Part shown: positions 49,296 through 58,438 of the stretch, piece after piece | Layout of the letters: every line of letters starts with the position of its first letter | Numbering within the stretch: position 1 is the stretch's first letter | DNA from: Deltaproteobacteria bacterium | GTDB taxonomy: Bacteria > Myxococcota > SpSt-1050 | Reading direction: 5' to 3' | Length of the DNA stretch: 64,000 nt | NCBI GenBank assembly: GCA_026416535.1 | Contig: JAOAFA010000087.1 | Span: forward strand, 5,438-69,437 | Notes under the pieces: model-generated | Databases searched by the model: none | The model's input: the letters and a program-made list of their open reading frames with translations, nothing else | What the model was told of the DNA's origin: nothing | Made by a program: the position numbers and the translations under genes

Positions 49296-50795
49296 ATGGA
49301 AAGATATAAAATGCTTATAGATGGTGAATTAGTGGAGTCAGAAAGTGGAGAATATAGACCTACCATCAATCCGGCCAATCGCCAGGTAATAGCCATGGTT
49401 CCAGTTGCTACAATCGGTGATACCAGAAAGGCTATCGAGGCCGCAAGAAAGGCATTTGACAGCGGTATATGGAGCCAAATGAGTGTTAAAGAAAGGGCAA
49501 AGATCCTGTATAGGATGGTTGAAAGGATGCAGGAGAGACAAGATGAATTATCAAAAATTGAATCACTGGATTCTGGTGCAACAATAAGAAAAACCTCCAT
49601 GATGGATATACCTATTGGGATAGAGCATTTCAGGTCACTTGTGGAATTGGGAGAAAGGATGCCAACCTACGAACCGCTTCCCTGGATTGATTTTCCATAT
49701 ATAAGTTGGAACTTTGTAAACCGTGAACCCATAGGCGTCTGTGCTGGAATTATACCATGGAATTTCCCTTTTATGATGGCAGTATGGAAGATTGCTCCTG
49801 CATTGATTATGGGGAATACAGTGGTATTGAAACCCGCCTCTGATACACCGCTTACTGCACTTGAAATTGGTAAGATTGCCGTCGAGGTCGGGTTACCAAA
49901 AGGTGTCTTGAATATCGTAACCGGTTTGGGCTCCGTAGTAGGAGAAGAATTATGCAAAAATCCTATGGTGGATAAGATAGCCCTCACAGGTTCAACTGAG
50001 ACAGGAAGACAGATAATGAAACTTGCAGCTGATACTATTAAAAAGGTCACATTAGAATTGGGAGGTAAAAGTCCAACAATAGTATGTCCAGATGCAGACC
50101 TCAGGGTCGCCGTAGATGGCTCGCTTTTTGGTACATTCTTTCATGCAGGCCAGGTATGTGAATCAGGGACAAGATGCTTTGTCCACTCTTCCATATACGA
50201 TGAGTTTATGGAGATGCTTAGAGAAAGAATCACCCATATAAAGGTAGGGGATCCGATGGACTTTGAGACAACCATGGGACCTGTGATATCCGAATCACAA
50301 CACAAAAGGGTCTTAGATTATATCGAAAAAGGCAAAGCCGAAGGAGCAAAACTTGTTTGTGGTGGCAATGTGCCAGAAGATTTAAAAAATGGCTTCTTTA
50401 TCCTTCCAACTGTATTTGAAAATGTGAGCAATGACATGACAATTGCCAGAGAGGAGATTTTTGGACCTGTTCTCTCAGTTATCAAATATGATGAGCTTGA
50501 TGATGCAATAAATATGGCTAATGACTCTATCTATGGACTTGGGGGGGCGGTATTCTCAAGAGATATACCCATGGCTATTCAGATAGCAAAAAGAATCAGG
50601 ACCGGTACAGTATGGATTAACGATTATCATCTAATTAATCCTCTTGCCCCTTTTGGAGGATATAAGCAATCAGGTATAGGCAGGGAGCTTGGTCCCCATG
50701 GATTGCTGGAGTTTACTCAAATCAAACATATACATGTTGATTTATCTATGGATAGGAGCAAAAAATTCTGGTTTGACTACATTTTTAACGACTAG
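49296..50795 (+). CDS. Aldehyde dehydrogenase
   Basis: PWNFP, KPA, TGST.TG, LELGGKSP, GQVC, EEIFGP, PFGGYKQSG.GRE. Confidence 0.95.
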   Translation: MERYKMLIDGELVESESGEYRPTINPANRQVIAMVPVATIGDTRKAIEAARKAFDSGIWSQMSVKERAKILYRMVERMQERQDELSKIESLDSGATIRKTSMMDIPIGIEHFRSLVELGERMPTYEPLPWIDFPYISWNFVNREPIGVCAGIIPWNFPFMMAVWKIAPALIMGNTVVLKPASDTPLTALEIGKIAVEVGLPKGVLNIVTGLGSVVGEELCKNPMVDKIALTGSTETGRQIMKLAADTIKKVTLELGGKSPTIVCPDADLRVAVDGSLFGTFFHAGQVCESGTRCFVHSSIYDEFMEMLRERITHIKVGDPMDFETTMGPVISESQHKRVLDYIEKGKAEGAKLVCGGNVPEDLKNGFFILPTVFENVSNDMTIAREEIFGPVLSVIKYDELDDAINMANDSIYGLGGAVFSRDIPMAIQIAKRIRTGTVWINDYHLINPLAPFGGYKQSGIGRELGPHGLLEFTQIKHIHVDLSMDRSKKFWFDYIFND

Positions 50796-51137
50796 ACGAT
50801 AATGATTATTAAAAAGTGTAAATTGCGTGGAAATAAAAATTATAGTTAAATAGACATCGTAAGCCTTTATTATCGAGTGTATTTTTTCCAGTCAGACATA
50901 TTGGGTCTAGATTTTGCTACCCTAAGTGCATTTTCAAACCTAAGATTCATATCTCCAAAGTTTATATCTGATCCCTTCCTTCTCTAACCATCTTATTTAG
51001 TTTATACCTTACATGTCAAACAATATTTGAGATGACTCTACCGTAGAGAAGAGCATCCTGTGCTTCTATGGTAATCCTAAATGTAAAATTTGGTTGTAGA
51101 TAAATGTCAAGAATGATAAGATAATTATTTTTGGAGG

Positions 51138-53135
51138 ATGTATACCATGTATACGAAAAGGATGAGTGTTGTATGTTGTGCCGCTTGCATTTTTACATTT
51201 TTAGTCAATTTATCCGCGCAGGAGTTTGGCGCATTCGGACCTAAAGTCTCATTTTCTGAAAAAACCTCTATGTTTCTTTCAATATATGCAAACAAGGATA
51301 AAGACACGAAAAAGAATGGGTTATACGGTGTGTTCATAGATAGAAGAGGCAATGTCTCACAGCCTTTTCAGATAAGCAAAAATTTTGGGCAAAGCAAGGC
51401 TATCTCTTATCTCAGCTCATCAAACGTGTTTTTATTGGTCTATAGTTATTGTGATTTGGGATGCTTAATAGAAGGACAGATAATCCTACCAGACGGTACC
51501 CTAAAAGGTACTCCTTTTATAATATCTTCGAACAGCTATGGTTTTGGCGAGATCGTGGCAGAGTCTGATGAAAGTAGTAAGAAGTTTCTCATTGTATGGA
51601 AGGACTATAGAAATAGGTCTAATCACCAAGTGTTTGGAAGGCTTATAAATGATGATGGGACCATGCATGGTCCTGAAATACAAATCATAAAAAATGCAAA
51701 TTCAGTCACAGGCTTTGATATTGTCAGAGATAGCATAAACAATAGGTATCTGTTTGTTTATTCAGACGCCGATGTGAATTTATGGAGTATAAACGCACTA
51801 TCTCTAAGGGATAATCTCTCTATTGAGAGGATGAATAAGATAGCTACTTCTAGCGACTTTAATTGTAAAGTTTCAATATCTTTTGATAGTAAGAACAAAT
51901 TGTTCTTTATTGCGTATTCAAATTTTCTCCCCGGGGTTAATTCCTTTAATATAGAGGCATTAGTCTTAGACGAAGATCTAAAGGTTTTATACAATATAGA
52001 TGTCACCACAGGTTCAAACCAGAATAGATTCCCAGATACAGCCTATAATCCTTTCGCAGATGCATTTGTTATTACCTATCATACTAAACGGATAGAAGGG
52101 ACTATCTCGAACATAGCGTTCGCCCTCTATAAAGCTATTGATGGTTCTCTAATAGATACGGGTATAGTAGATAAAACAGGCATGGCTACTCTATTAAACC
52201 CATCTATAGCGGTTAATTCAATTTGTCCAAATGGAGTTATAGTATATGAAAATTACGATGCATCAACATTTACTAACAATTTTGGAGCACATTTCTTGGG
52301 AGAACTCTGTAAATTTCATCTCAGTATATCTAAAAAGGGAGACGGAAGCGGTAAAGTACACTCTGAACCTGCTGGAATAGATTGTGGGGGAATATGCAGT
52401 TACCAATATAAAGATGGCTCTTCGGTAACCTTAATAGCAACTCCTGATGAGAGCTCTACATTTGTGGGTTTTTCTGCTCCACAATGTGGGGATGAAGCTG
52501 TATGTTCGATTAGTATTGATTCTGATAAAAAAATAGATGCGGAGTTTGCCTTAAAAACCTTTCAAATAAAGACCGTGGCTGGAAACGGTGGGCAAATTTT
52601 CCCTGAAAATCCAATTGTTAAGTATGGCTCAGATCAAAAAGTTGATATTATACCCTATGAAGGATATGTAATAGATGAAGTAATAATCGACAATCAGTCC
52701 TATGGTGTAATTGACTCGTATACGTTTACTAATGTAATATCAGATCACACTATATCCGCTACATTCCAGCAGGAGCCCATATATTATGCAATTAATGCAT
52801 CGGCTTCAGAGGGAGGAAATATCAATCCAGCCGGTGAAATTAAGGTAAGATCTGGGGATAGCATAACATTTACTATTACGCCCCTGGAGGGTTATTTCAT
52901 AAACTATGTAGAGGTCGACGGCAATGATGTGGGGGCAATTAATGAATATACTTTCTCAAATGTTGATAATAACCACACAATATATGCCAATTTTAAGAGT
53001 TATCAAAATGAATGGGACTTTGACGGAGGAGTATCCGAGGTGTTAAATGGAAGTGGACAAGCGGATTCAAATGTTATGGTTACAGTTGTAAAAGAAAAAG
53101 AGGGTTCCGGATGCAGTTGTTCGCTAATTGAGTAG
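51138..53135 (+). CDS. Secreted/surface protein with InlB-B-like repeats and a C-terminal GCSC motif
   Basis: Signal peptide; G.GSG.V.S.PAGIDCG; two G.I.P...Y.F.NV..(D/N)HTI.A.F repeats; ends GSGCSCSLIE. Confidence 0.75.
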   Translation: MYTMYTKRMSVVCCAACIFTFLVNLSAQEFGAFGPKVSFSEKTSMFLSIYANKDKDTKKNGLYGVFIDRRGNVSQPFQISKNFGQSKAISYLSSSNVFLLVYSYCDLGCLIEGQIILPDGTLKGTPFIISSNSYGFGEIVAESDESSKKFLIVWKDYRNRSNHQVFGRLINDDGTMHGPEIQIIKNANSVTGFDIVRDSINNRYLFVYSDADVNLWSINALSLRDNLSIERMNKIATSSDFNCKVSISFDSKNKLFFIAYSNFLPGVNSFNIEALVLDEDLKVLYNIDVTTGSNQNRFPDTAYNPFADAFVITYHTKRIEGTISNIAFALYKAIDGSLIDTGIVDKTGMATLLNPSIAVNSICPNGVIVYENYDASTFTNNFGAHFLGELCKFHLSISKKGDGSGKVHSEPAGIDCGGICSYQYKDGSSVTLIATPDESSTFVGFSAPQCGDEAVCSISIDSDKKIDAEFALKTFQIKTVAGNGGQIFPENPIVKYGSDQKVDIIPYEGYVIDEVIIDNQSYGVIDSYTFTNVISDHTISATFQQEPIYYAINASASEGGNINPAGEIKVRSGDSITFTITPLEGYFINYVEVDGNDVGAINEYTFSNVDNNHTIYANFKSYQNEWDFDGGVSEVLNGSGQADSNVMVTVVKEKEGSGCSCSLIE

Positions 53136-53212
53136 ATGGAATTTTATTTCACAAAAGTAATAAAATTTGGTATTATCCAGTTTCGTAAACCTTCTAGATT
53201 AGGGAGGTCAAA

Positions 53213-54256
53213 ATGATCAACAGGTTATTGTTAATTATCTCTTTGTTGATTTTGGTGAACTCAGCTCAGGTGTTGGCATCAGAGATTAAGTCTGAGAGGT
53301 GTGATATTTCATACCTCAAAGGTCTTGCTACTCAAAAAGGCACAAACATTGTTATAAATTTTTATGCATATTGGTGTCCAGCTTGTAGAGAGCTCTATAA
53401 AAAGGTCCTCCCAGCTGAGGGGGTTAAGAATATTCTATCGGAGTATGTATTTGCTAGATGCAACGGAGAAGAGGGAGAGGGAGAAAGACTATTCAATCAA
53501 TACAAAATTACTGCCTTCCCTACACTCTTAATATTAGACCCAAATGGCAAAGAGCTTGATAGAATAGTAGATGACATTGATGAGCAAAAAATAAAAAAGA
53601 CATTAGAACAAATAAAAATGGGGAAGAGCGAAGTAGATGAGCTTGCAAAAAAGGCGGATACAAATCCAAAGGATACAGAGCTTTTATTTAATGTATGTAT
53701 GTCTTATATATTTAGGGCTGATAGAGATAAGGCAAAAAAGTATTGTGAAAAGGTCCTCAAAATTGATCAGAAAAATGAAAAGGGGTATGCCTCTCAAGTA
53801 CTATTATCTCTTGGAAAGTATCTCTATTTTAGAGGATTAAAGGATTATGACCTTGCAGCTGCACATTTAGAACAGGTCCTCAAGCTCTTCCCGGAGTCAA
53901 AAGAGGCAAGGTCGGCTTTCATATTCCTCATCTCCTCATATGTCAGAGGAGGAAAAGAAGGTGTGGCAGTCATGAAATTAAGAGAATTGATAAAGAAGAA
54001 CCCCAATTCGAAAGAGCCTTACAAGACATTCGCATATATTAGCTGGAAAAACAAATGGCGCATAGACCAAGGTATTGAGAATGCAAGAAAGGCAACAGAT
54101 CTTGACCCTTCCGACGATGACGCATGGGATCTCTTAGCAGAACTATATTTTTTAAAAGGGAATAAGGCAGATGCCATTAAGGCCATTGATGAGGCATTAA
54201 AACTGAAACCCTCAGAGGATTACTATAAGGAGCAGAAGGAAAGGTTCTCTAAATAA
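53213..54256 (+). CDS. Secreted thioredoxin-family protein with TPR repeats
   Basis: FYAYWCPAC, FPT cis-Pro loop, C-terminal TPRs, signal peptide. Confidence 0.85.
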   Translation: MINRLLLIISLLILVNSAQVLASEIKSERCDISYLKGLATQKGTNIVINFYAYWCPACRELYKKVLPAEGVKNILSEYVFARCNGEEGEGERLFNQYKITAFPTLLILDPNGKELDRIVDDIDEQKIKKTLEQIKMGKSEVDELAKKADTNPKDTELLFNVCMSYIFRADRDKAKKYCEKVLKIDQKNEKGYASQVLLSLGKYLYFRGLKDYDLAAAHLEQVLKLFPESKEARSAFIFLISSYVRGGKEGVAVMKLRELIKKNPNSKEPYKTFAYISWKNKWRIDQGIENARKATDLDPSDDDAWDLLAELYFLKGNKADAIKAIDEALKLKPSEDYYKEQKERFSK

Positions 54257-54527
54257 ACTAACTTACGGATTTGTATGCCCTCACATCCGATGAATTACAT
54301 AGTGAAGTCTCTCATTTGGAATAGACCCCACTTTATTTATTCCCTCTTCTCTTCAAACACGTATGTTATTCCTAAGGAATCTATTAATTTATATGTTTGC
54401 TCTTGTCGTGTTTTTTCAATGCCCTCATATATATAATAGTAATCTACCAAGGTAATACAATTAGTTAGTTGCATTTTTAGGGTTTTTGTGTTAGTAGATT
54501 CGAACTTTTATTTTATGGAGGATAGTT

Positions 54528-54872
54528 ATGAAGTTATCACCACTTGCGAGAGTTAAGAAGGAATTCGGTTCAAAGGACAAGCTTGTGTCTGAGATTGTAT
54601 CTCTGTTGAAATCACTTAATGCACCATTACCAGATGATATTGAAAAGAGGCTTAAGGCTCAAACTAATCAGAAACTGATAAAACTTTATAATAATGCAAA
54701 GAAGATAAGCGAGATCGGGAAGGATAAGGTAGTAGAGGTAATATTGAAGGCTAAAAGGCCGACCAGTAAAAAGGTTGATGTAGACTACAAAAAGTCATTA
54801 CTTAGTTATCCGATTTCTAAGCTTTATGATATGTATGTTTCAGCAACTAAGTCATTAAAGGGTTTAAAATAA
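54528..54872 (+). CDS. Small Lys-rich hypothetical protein
   Basis: SD GGAGG; SPLARVKKEFGSKDKLV with an internally repeated KL..LY motif. Confidence 0.7.
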   Translation: MKLSPLARVKKEFGSKDKLVSEIVSLLKSLNAPLPDDIEKRLKAQTNQKLIKLYNNAKKISEIGKDKVVEVILKAKRPTSKKVDVDYKKSLLSYPISKLYDMYVSATKSLKGLK

Positions 54873-54976
54873 TTTTATAAATTTCACAAGGGCATCTCTT
54901 AGATTCATCGTAAAAATATTGACTTTATTAGATAGTTGGAATATTAGTATTTTTAATTTTTATATAAGAGGTTTTT

Positions 54977-57325
54977 GTGAGAAAACCTATCCCATATGGC
55001 AAATATTTCTTAATAGACCGCATCAATGTAGGCGGTATGGCAGAGGTGTTTAAGGCTAAAGCCTACGGAGTTGAGGGCTTTGAGAAATTGGTTGCCATCA
55101 AGAGGATCCTGCCAAATATTGCTGAAGACGAAGAGTTTATCACAATGTTTATTGATGAGGCTAAGATAGCTGTACAATTGAATCACGCAAATATTGCCCA
55201 AATATTTGATCTTGGTAAGATAGAGGATACCTATTTTATTGCACTGGAGTTTGTATATGGCAAGGATCTGAGAGCGATCTTTGAGAGACTTAGAAAAAGA
55301 GGGGAAATTATGCCAATCCCTGCTGCCTGTTATATAATAATTCAGGTGTGTGAGGGGTTGGATTATGCACACCGTAAAAAGGACTCTATGGGGCGCGACT
55401 TGAATATTGTCCATAGAGATGTGAGTCCTCAGAACATACTTGTATCTTATGAAGGGGATGTTAAAGTAATAGATTTTGGTATTGCTAAGGCAGCCAATAA
55501 GGCCTCGAAGACTCAGGCAGGAATCTTAAAAGGAAAATTCGGTTATATGTCGCCTGAGCAGGTGAGGGGATTGCCCCTTGACAGGAGGTCAGACATTTTT
55601 TCATTGGGTATTATATTTTATGAAATCCTGACGGGGGAGAGATTGTTTGTAGGCGAGAGTGATTTCTCAACACTAGAGAAGGTTCGTAATGTTGAGATTA
55701 TGCCTCCAACAGCTTATAATCGCAATATTCCTGAGTCATTAGAAAAGATAATCTTGAAGGCCCTTGCTAAGGATGCAGATGATAGATACCAGTTTGCATC
55801 TGAGATGGCAGAGGATATACAGAGATTTATGATCTCTCAAGGTATACTGTTCACCAGAAAAGATCTTAGTAATTTTATGAAGACACTCTTTGCAGATGAT
55901 ATTGCGAGGGATAGTGCTCAACAGGAGGAATCTAAAAAGCAAGTCTCGTCACTTCCTCAGACAGTTCAACCAGTGAAGGAGGTTAAAAAGCCTATTTCGA
56001 GGCCCTCAAATCCTGTTCCGCCACCTGTGCCGGGTGAACTGGACAATGTTAAGACTGTTGTCTTTGGAGGAGAGCAAAAACCAATATCACCGCCGCCTCT
56101 TGGGAATGAGATCGGGTTAAAGGCTGAAGATGAGGAGCCGATAGAACTCGCAACAGAAGAAAGTACTAAGCCTGTTGTAAAAGCTCCTCCTAAAATGCAG
56201 TCCCCAATTGCTAAACCCAAGGTGACATCTGAAATAAAAAAACCACAGACTGCAGAGGTTAAACAACAGAGGAGTTTTAATAAGTTAATAGTTTTTTCTG
56301 CTGGGGCTGTGGCTATATTGTTTTTGCTAGTGGTTGTTATCAAGTATTTTTCTAAAGCCGATAAGGAAATTGGAGAGAGTAGCATAGAGATTTTCTATAC
56401 GCCGCCAGACTCTGAAATTTATATAGATGGTATAAAAGTGGGTTCTTCATCTCCTTATAAAAATCCGAAAATTAGTGCAGGTAAACATACTATTGAGATA
56501 AAGAGGAAAGGTTTTATTCCTATTAAGGAGGAGGTTTTTCTTAAAAGTAATCAAAAATTTTCGAATAACTATATTTTGAAGGCGGAGAAGGAGGTGTTTG
56601 GGACAGTAGAGATTGAGACGATTCCGCCAGGTGCGGTAGTTACAATTGACGGTCAAATTAAATCTGGGACTACTCCAATGAATGTTAAGGTTCTTGCTCT
56701 CGTAGACCATAAAATTTTGATTGAAAAGTCGGGATATAAGAGTATAGAGGAGACCTTTACTGTTGATGAAGGTAAGACGATTAAACTGAGTTATGAACTA
56801 AAGCCACCAACTGCAAAATTGATAATAAATTCCACTCCAAAAGGTGCGACCGTATTTATAAATAAGAAAAGGGTGGGTGTAACGCCGTTTACTTCTCAAG
56901 AGATAAAGGTGGGGGAAAAGCTTGATATCGAAATATCGAAGCCCCCATTTGCTCCTGTGAAAAGAACGATTACAATCGAGAAGGAGGGAGAACTTACAAT
57001 TGATGAAGAGCTTAAGAGACAGGAAGGTTCTTCAGAGAAGGTAGAGAAAGCCAGTCCTCTTAAGGAAGAGATTAAGGCGGCAAAAAAGGAGGAAAAGGCA
57101 GCAGTAAGTGGGAATGGATATATTGCGGTTTCAGCATATCCATGGGCGTATTTATTTATAGATGGCAAGGAGCTTGGGATTGCTTCACCTGCCTTAAAGA
57201 GGCACGAGGTCAAGGCAGGTCCACATACTGTGACTTTGAGAAGAAGTGATGGTAAAGAGGCTGTTCATAAAGTGAATGTAAGACCTAATGAAGAAGTGCA
57301 GATAAAAGAGAAATTTGATAAGTAA
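54977..57325 (+). CDS. Membrane Ser/Thr protein kinase with PEGA domains
   Basis: GGMAEV, VAIK, HRDVSPQN, DFG, YMSPEQ; TM helix; three to four P.GA.V.IDG PEGA repeats. Confidence 0.93.
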   Translation: MRKPIPYGKYFLIDRINVGGMAEVFKAKAYGVEGFEKLVAIKRILPNIAEDEEFITMFIDEAKIAVQLNHANIAQIFDLGKIEDTYFIALEFVYGKDLRAIFERLRKRGEIMPIPAACYIIIQVCEGLDYAHRKKDSMGRDLNIVHRDVSPQNILVSYEGDVKVIDFGIAKAANKASKTQAGILKGKFGYMSPEQVRGLPLDRRSDIFSLGIIFYEILTGERLFVGESDFSTLEKVRNVEIMPPTAYNRNIPESLEKIILKALAKDADDRYQFASEMAEDIQRFMISQGILFTRKDLSNFMKTLFADDIARDSAQQEESKKQVSSLPQTVQPVKEVKKPISRPSNPVPPPVPGELDNVKTVVFGGEQKPISPPPLGNEIGLKAEDEEPIELATEESTKPVVKAPPKMQSPIAKPKVTSEIKKPQTAEVKQQRSFNKLIVFSAGAVAILFLLVVVIKYFSKADKEIGESSIEIFYTPPDSEIYIDGIKVGSSSPYKNPKISAGKHTIEIKRKGFIPIKEEVFLKSNQKFSNNYILKAEKEVFGTVEIETIPPGAVVTIDGQIKSGTTPMNVKVLALVDHKILIEKSGYKSIEETFTVDEGKTIKLSYELKPPTAKLIINSTPKGATVFINKKRVGVTPFTSQEIKVGEKLDIEISKPPFAPVKRTITIEKEGELTIDEELKRQEGSSEKVEKASPLKEEIKAAKKEEKAAVSGNGYIAVSAYPWAYLFIDGKELGIASPALKRHEVKAGPHTVTLRRSDGKEAVHKVNVRPNEEVQIKEKFDK

Positions 57326-57387
57326 GTGGATCTCATTTTGGTCATATTTGTTTTATTCTCCTAATGTGAAGAAGAGAGGTTAAACAA

Positions 57388-57591
57388 ATGATAAATAGAT
57401 TCAATGATAATTTGATTTTGATTAAAAATTTGTGTGAGACACTTGTTATTGTTGCAAAAAGGGCGTTTGAGGATGCAAATGATGATAGTTGTAAGGCTAT
57501 TTATTATGACATGCTAAAGGATATTTCCTCATATATTAAGGAGATTGAATCTGAGATAGAAAGCCACAAAAGCAAAGGAAAATGGGAATAA
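57388..57591 (+). CDS. Small helical hypothetical protein
   Basis: SD GAGG; tightly packed upstream of dapF. Confidence 0.6.
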   Translation: MINRFNDNLILIKNLCETLVIVAKRAFEDANDDSCKAIYYDMLKDISSYIKEIESEIESHKSKGKWE

Positions 57592-57595
57592 GGAC

Positions 57596-58438
57596 ATGAG
57601 CAAATTCTCTAAAGCTTATAAATATCAAGGTACGGGGAATGATTTTGTTCTTTTTGATTCAATAAGAAGTGAGGCTTTAATTACTCCTAAAGAGGCAATC
57701 TTTTTGTGCAATAGACATTTTGGTGTAGGAGCAGATGGTGTTCTTACCTTATTACCATCTAAAAAGGCGGACTTCTTTATGCACATTTATAATGCAGATG
57801 GCTCAGTTGCTGAGATGTGTGGAAATGGGATTAGATGTGCTGTGAAACATTTTGTTGACTTCTATTTGGGGAGGGGACAAAGGAGAACTATAATCGTGGA
57901 GACTAAAAAGGGGGTCCACACTTGTGAATATTCTGTTGATGATAAAGGAGTCAAGACAGTTATCGTAAATATGGGTGCGCCTATGTTAGAACCACAGAAG
58001 ATACCAATAAAAGCAGAAAGAAATACATTGACTATAAAGAAAGGCAATAGAATTGTAAGAGGGATGGCTTTATCTATGGGGAACCCGCACTTTGTGAGTT
58101 TTGGTGATTTTAATTCAGAAGATGTATATGTATTGGGACCCTTTATTGAGAGACATTCATTGTTTCCACGATTTACAAATGTAGAGCTTGCAAATGTAAA
58201 AGATAAACGAAATGCAGAGGTGTTTGTTTGGGAGAGAGGGGTAGGGGTAACTTTGGCTTGCGGTTCGGGTGCATGCGCCGTAGTTGTGGCGGGTGTAAAA
58301 CAGGGACTCTTAGATGGAGATGTGTTTGTAAAGGTAAGATTGATGGGAGGGGTTCTTAAAATAAAATATGATACGAAGTCGAATGAGGTGATTATGGAAG
58401 GAGAGGTAAAGAGAGTTTTTGGGATCGAATTTCAATGA
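57596..58438 (+). CDS. dapF: Diaminopimelate epimerase
   Basis: GTGNDF, RHFGVGADG, NADGS.AEMCGNGIRC, MGNPH, ERGVG.TLACGSG. Confidence 0.96.
   Translation: MSKFSKAYKYQGTGNDFVLFDSIRSEALITPKEAIFLCNRHFGVGADGVLTLLPSKKADFFMHIYNADGSVAEMCGNGIRCAVKHFVDFYLGRGQRRTIIVETKKGVHTCEYSVDDKGVKTVIVNMGAPMLEPQKIPIKAERNTLTIKKGNRIVRGMALSMGNPHFVSFGDFNSEDVYVLGPFIERHSLFPRFTNVELANVKDKRNAEVFVWERGVGVTLACGSGACAVVVAGVKQGLLDGDVFVKVRLMGGVLKIKYDTKSNEVIMEGEVKRVFGIEFQ

Noticed and set aside
50797..50816. Fur-box-like GATAATGATTATT
   Set aside because: Only a half match, and it lies immediately after a stop codon, not at an obvious promoter
53133..53216. TAG read-through supplying the missing TM tail of the GCSC protein
   Set aside because: Read-through peptide (MEFYFTKVIKFGIIQFRKP...) is not a convincing TM helix and overlaps the next gene's upstream signals
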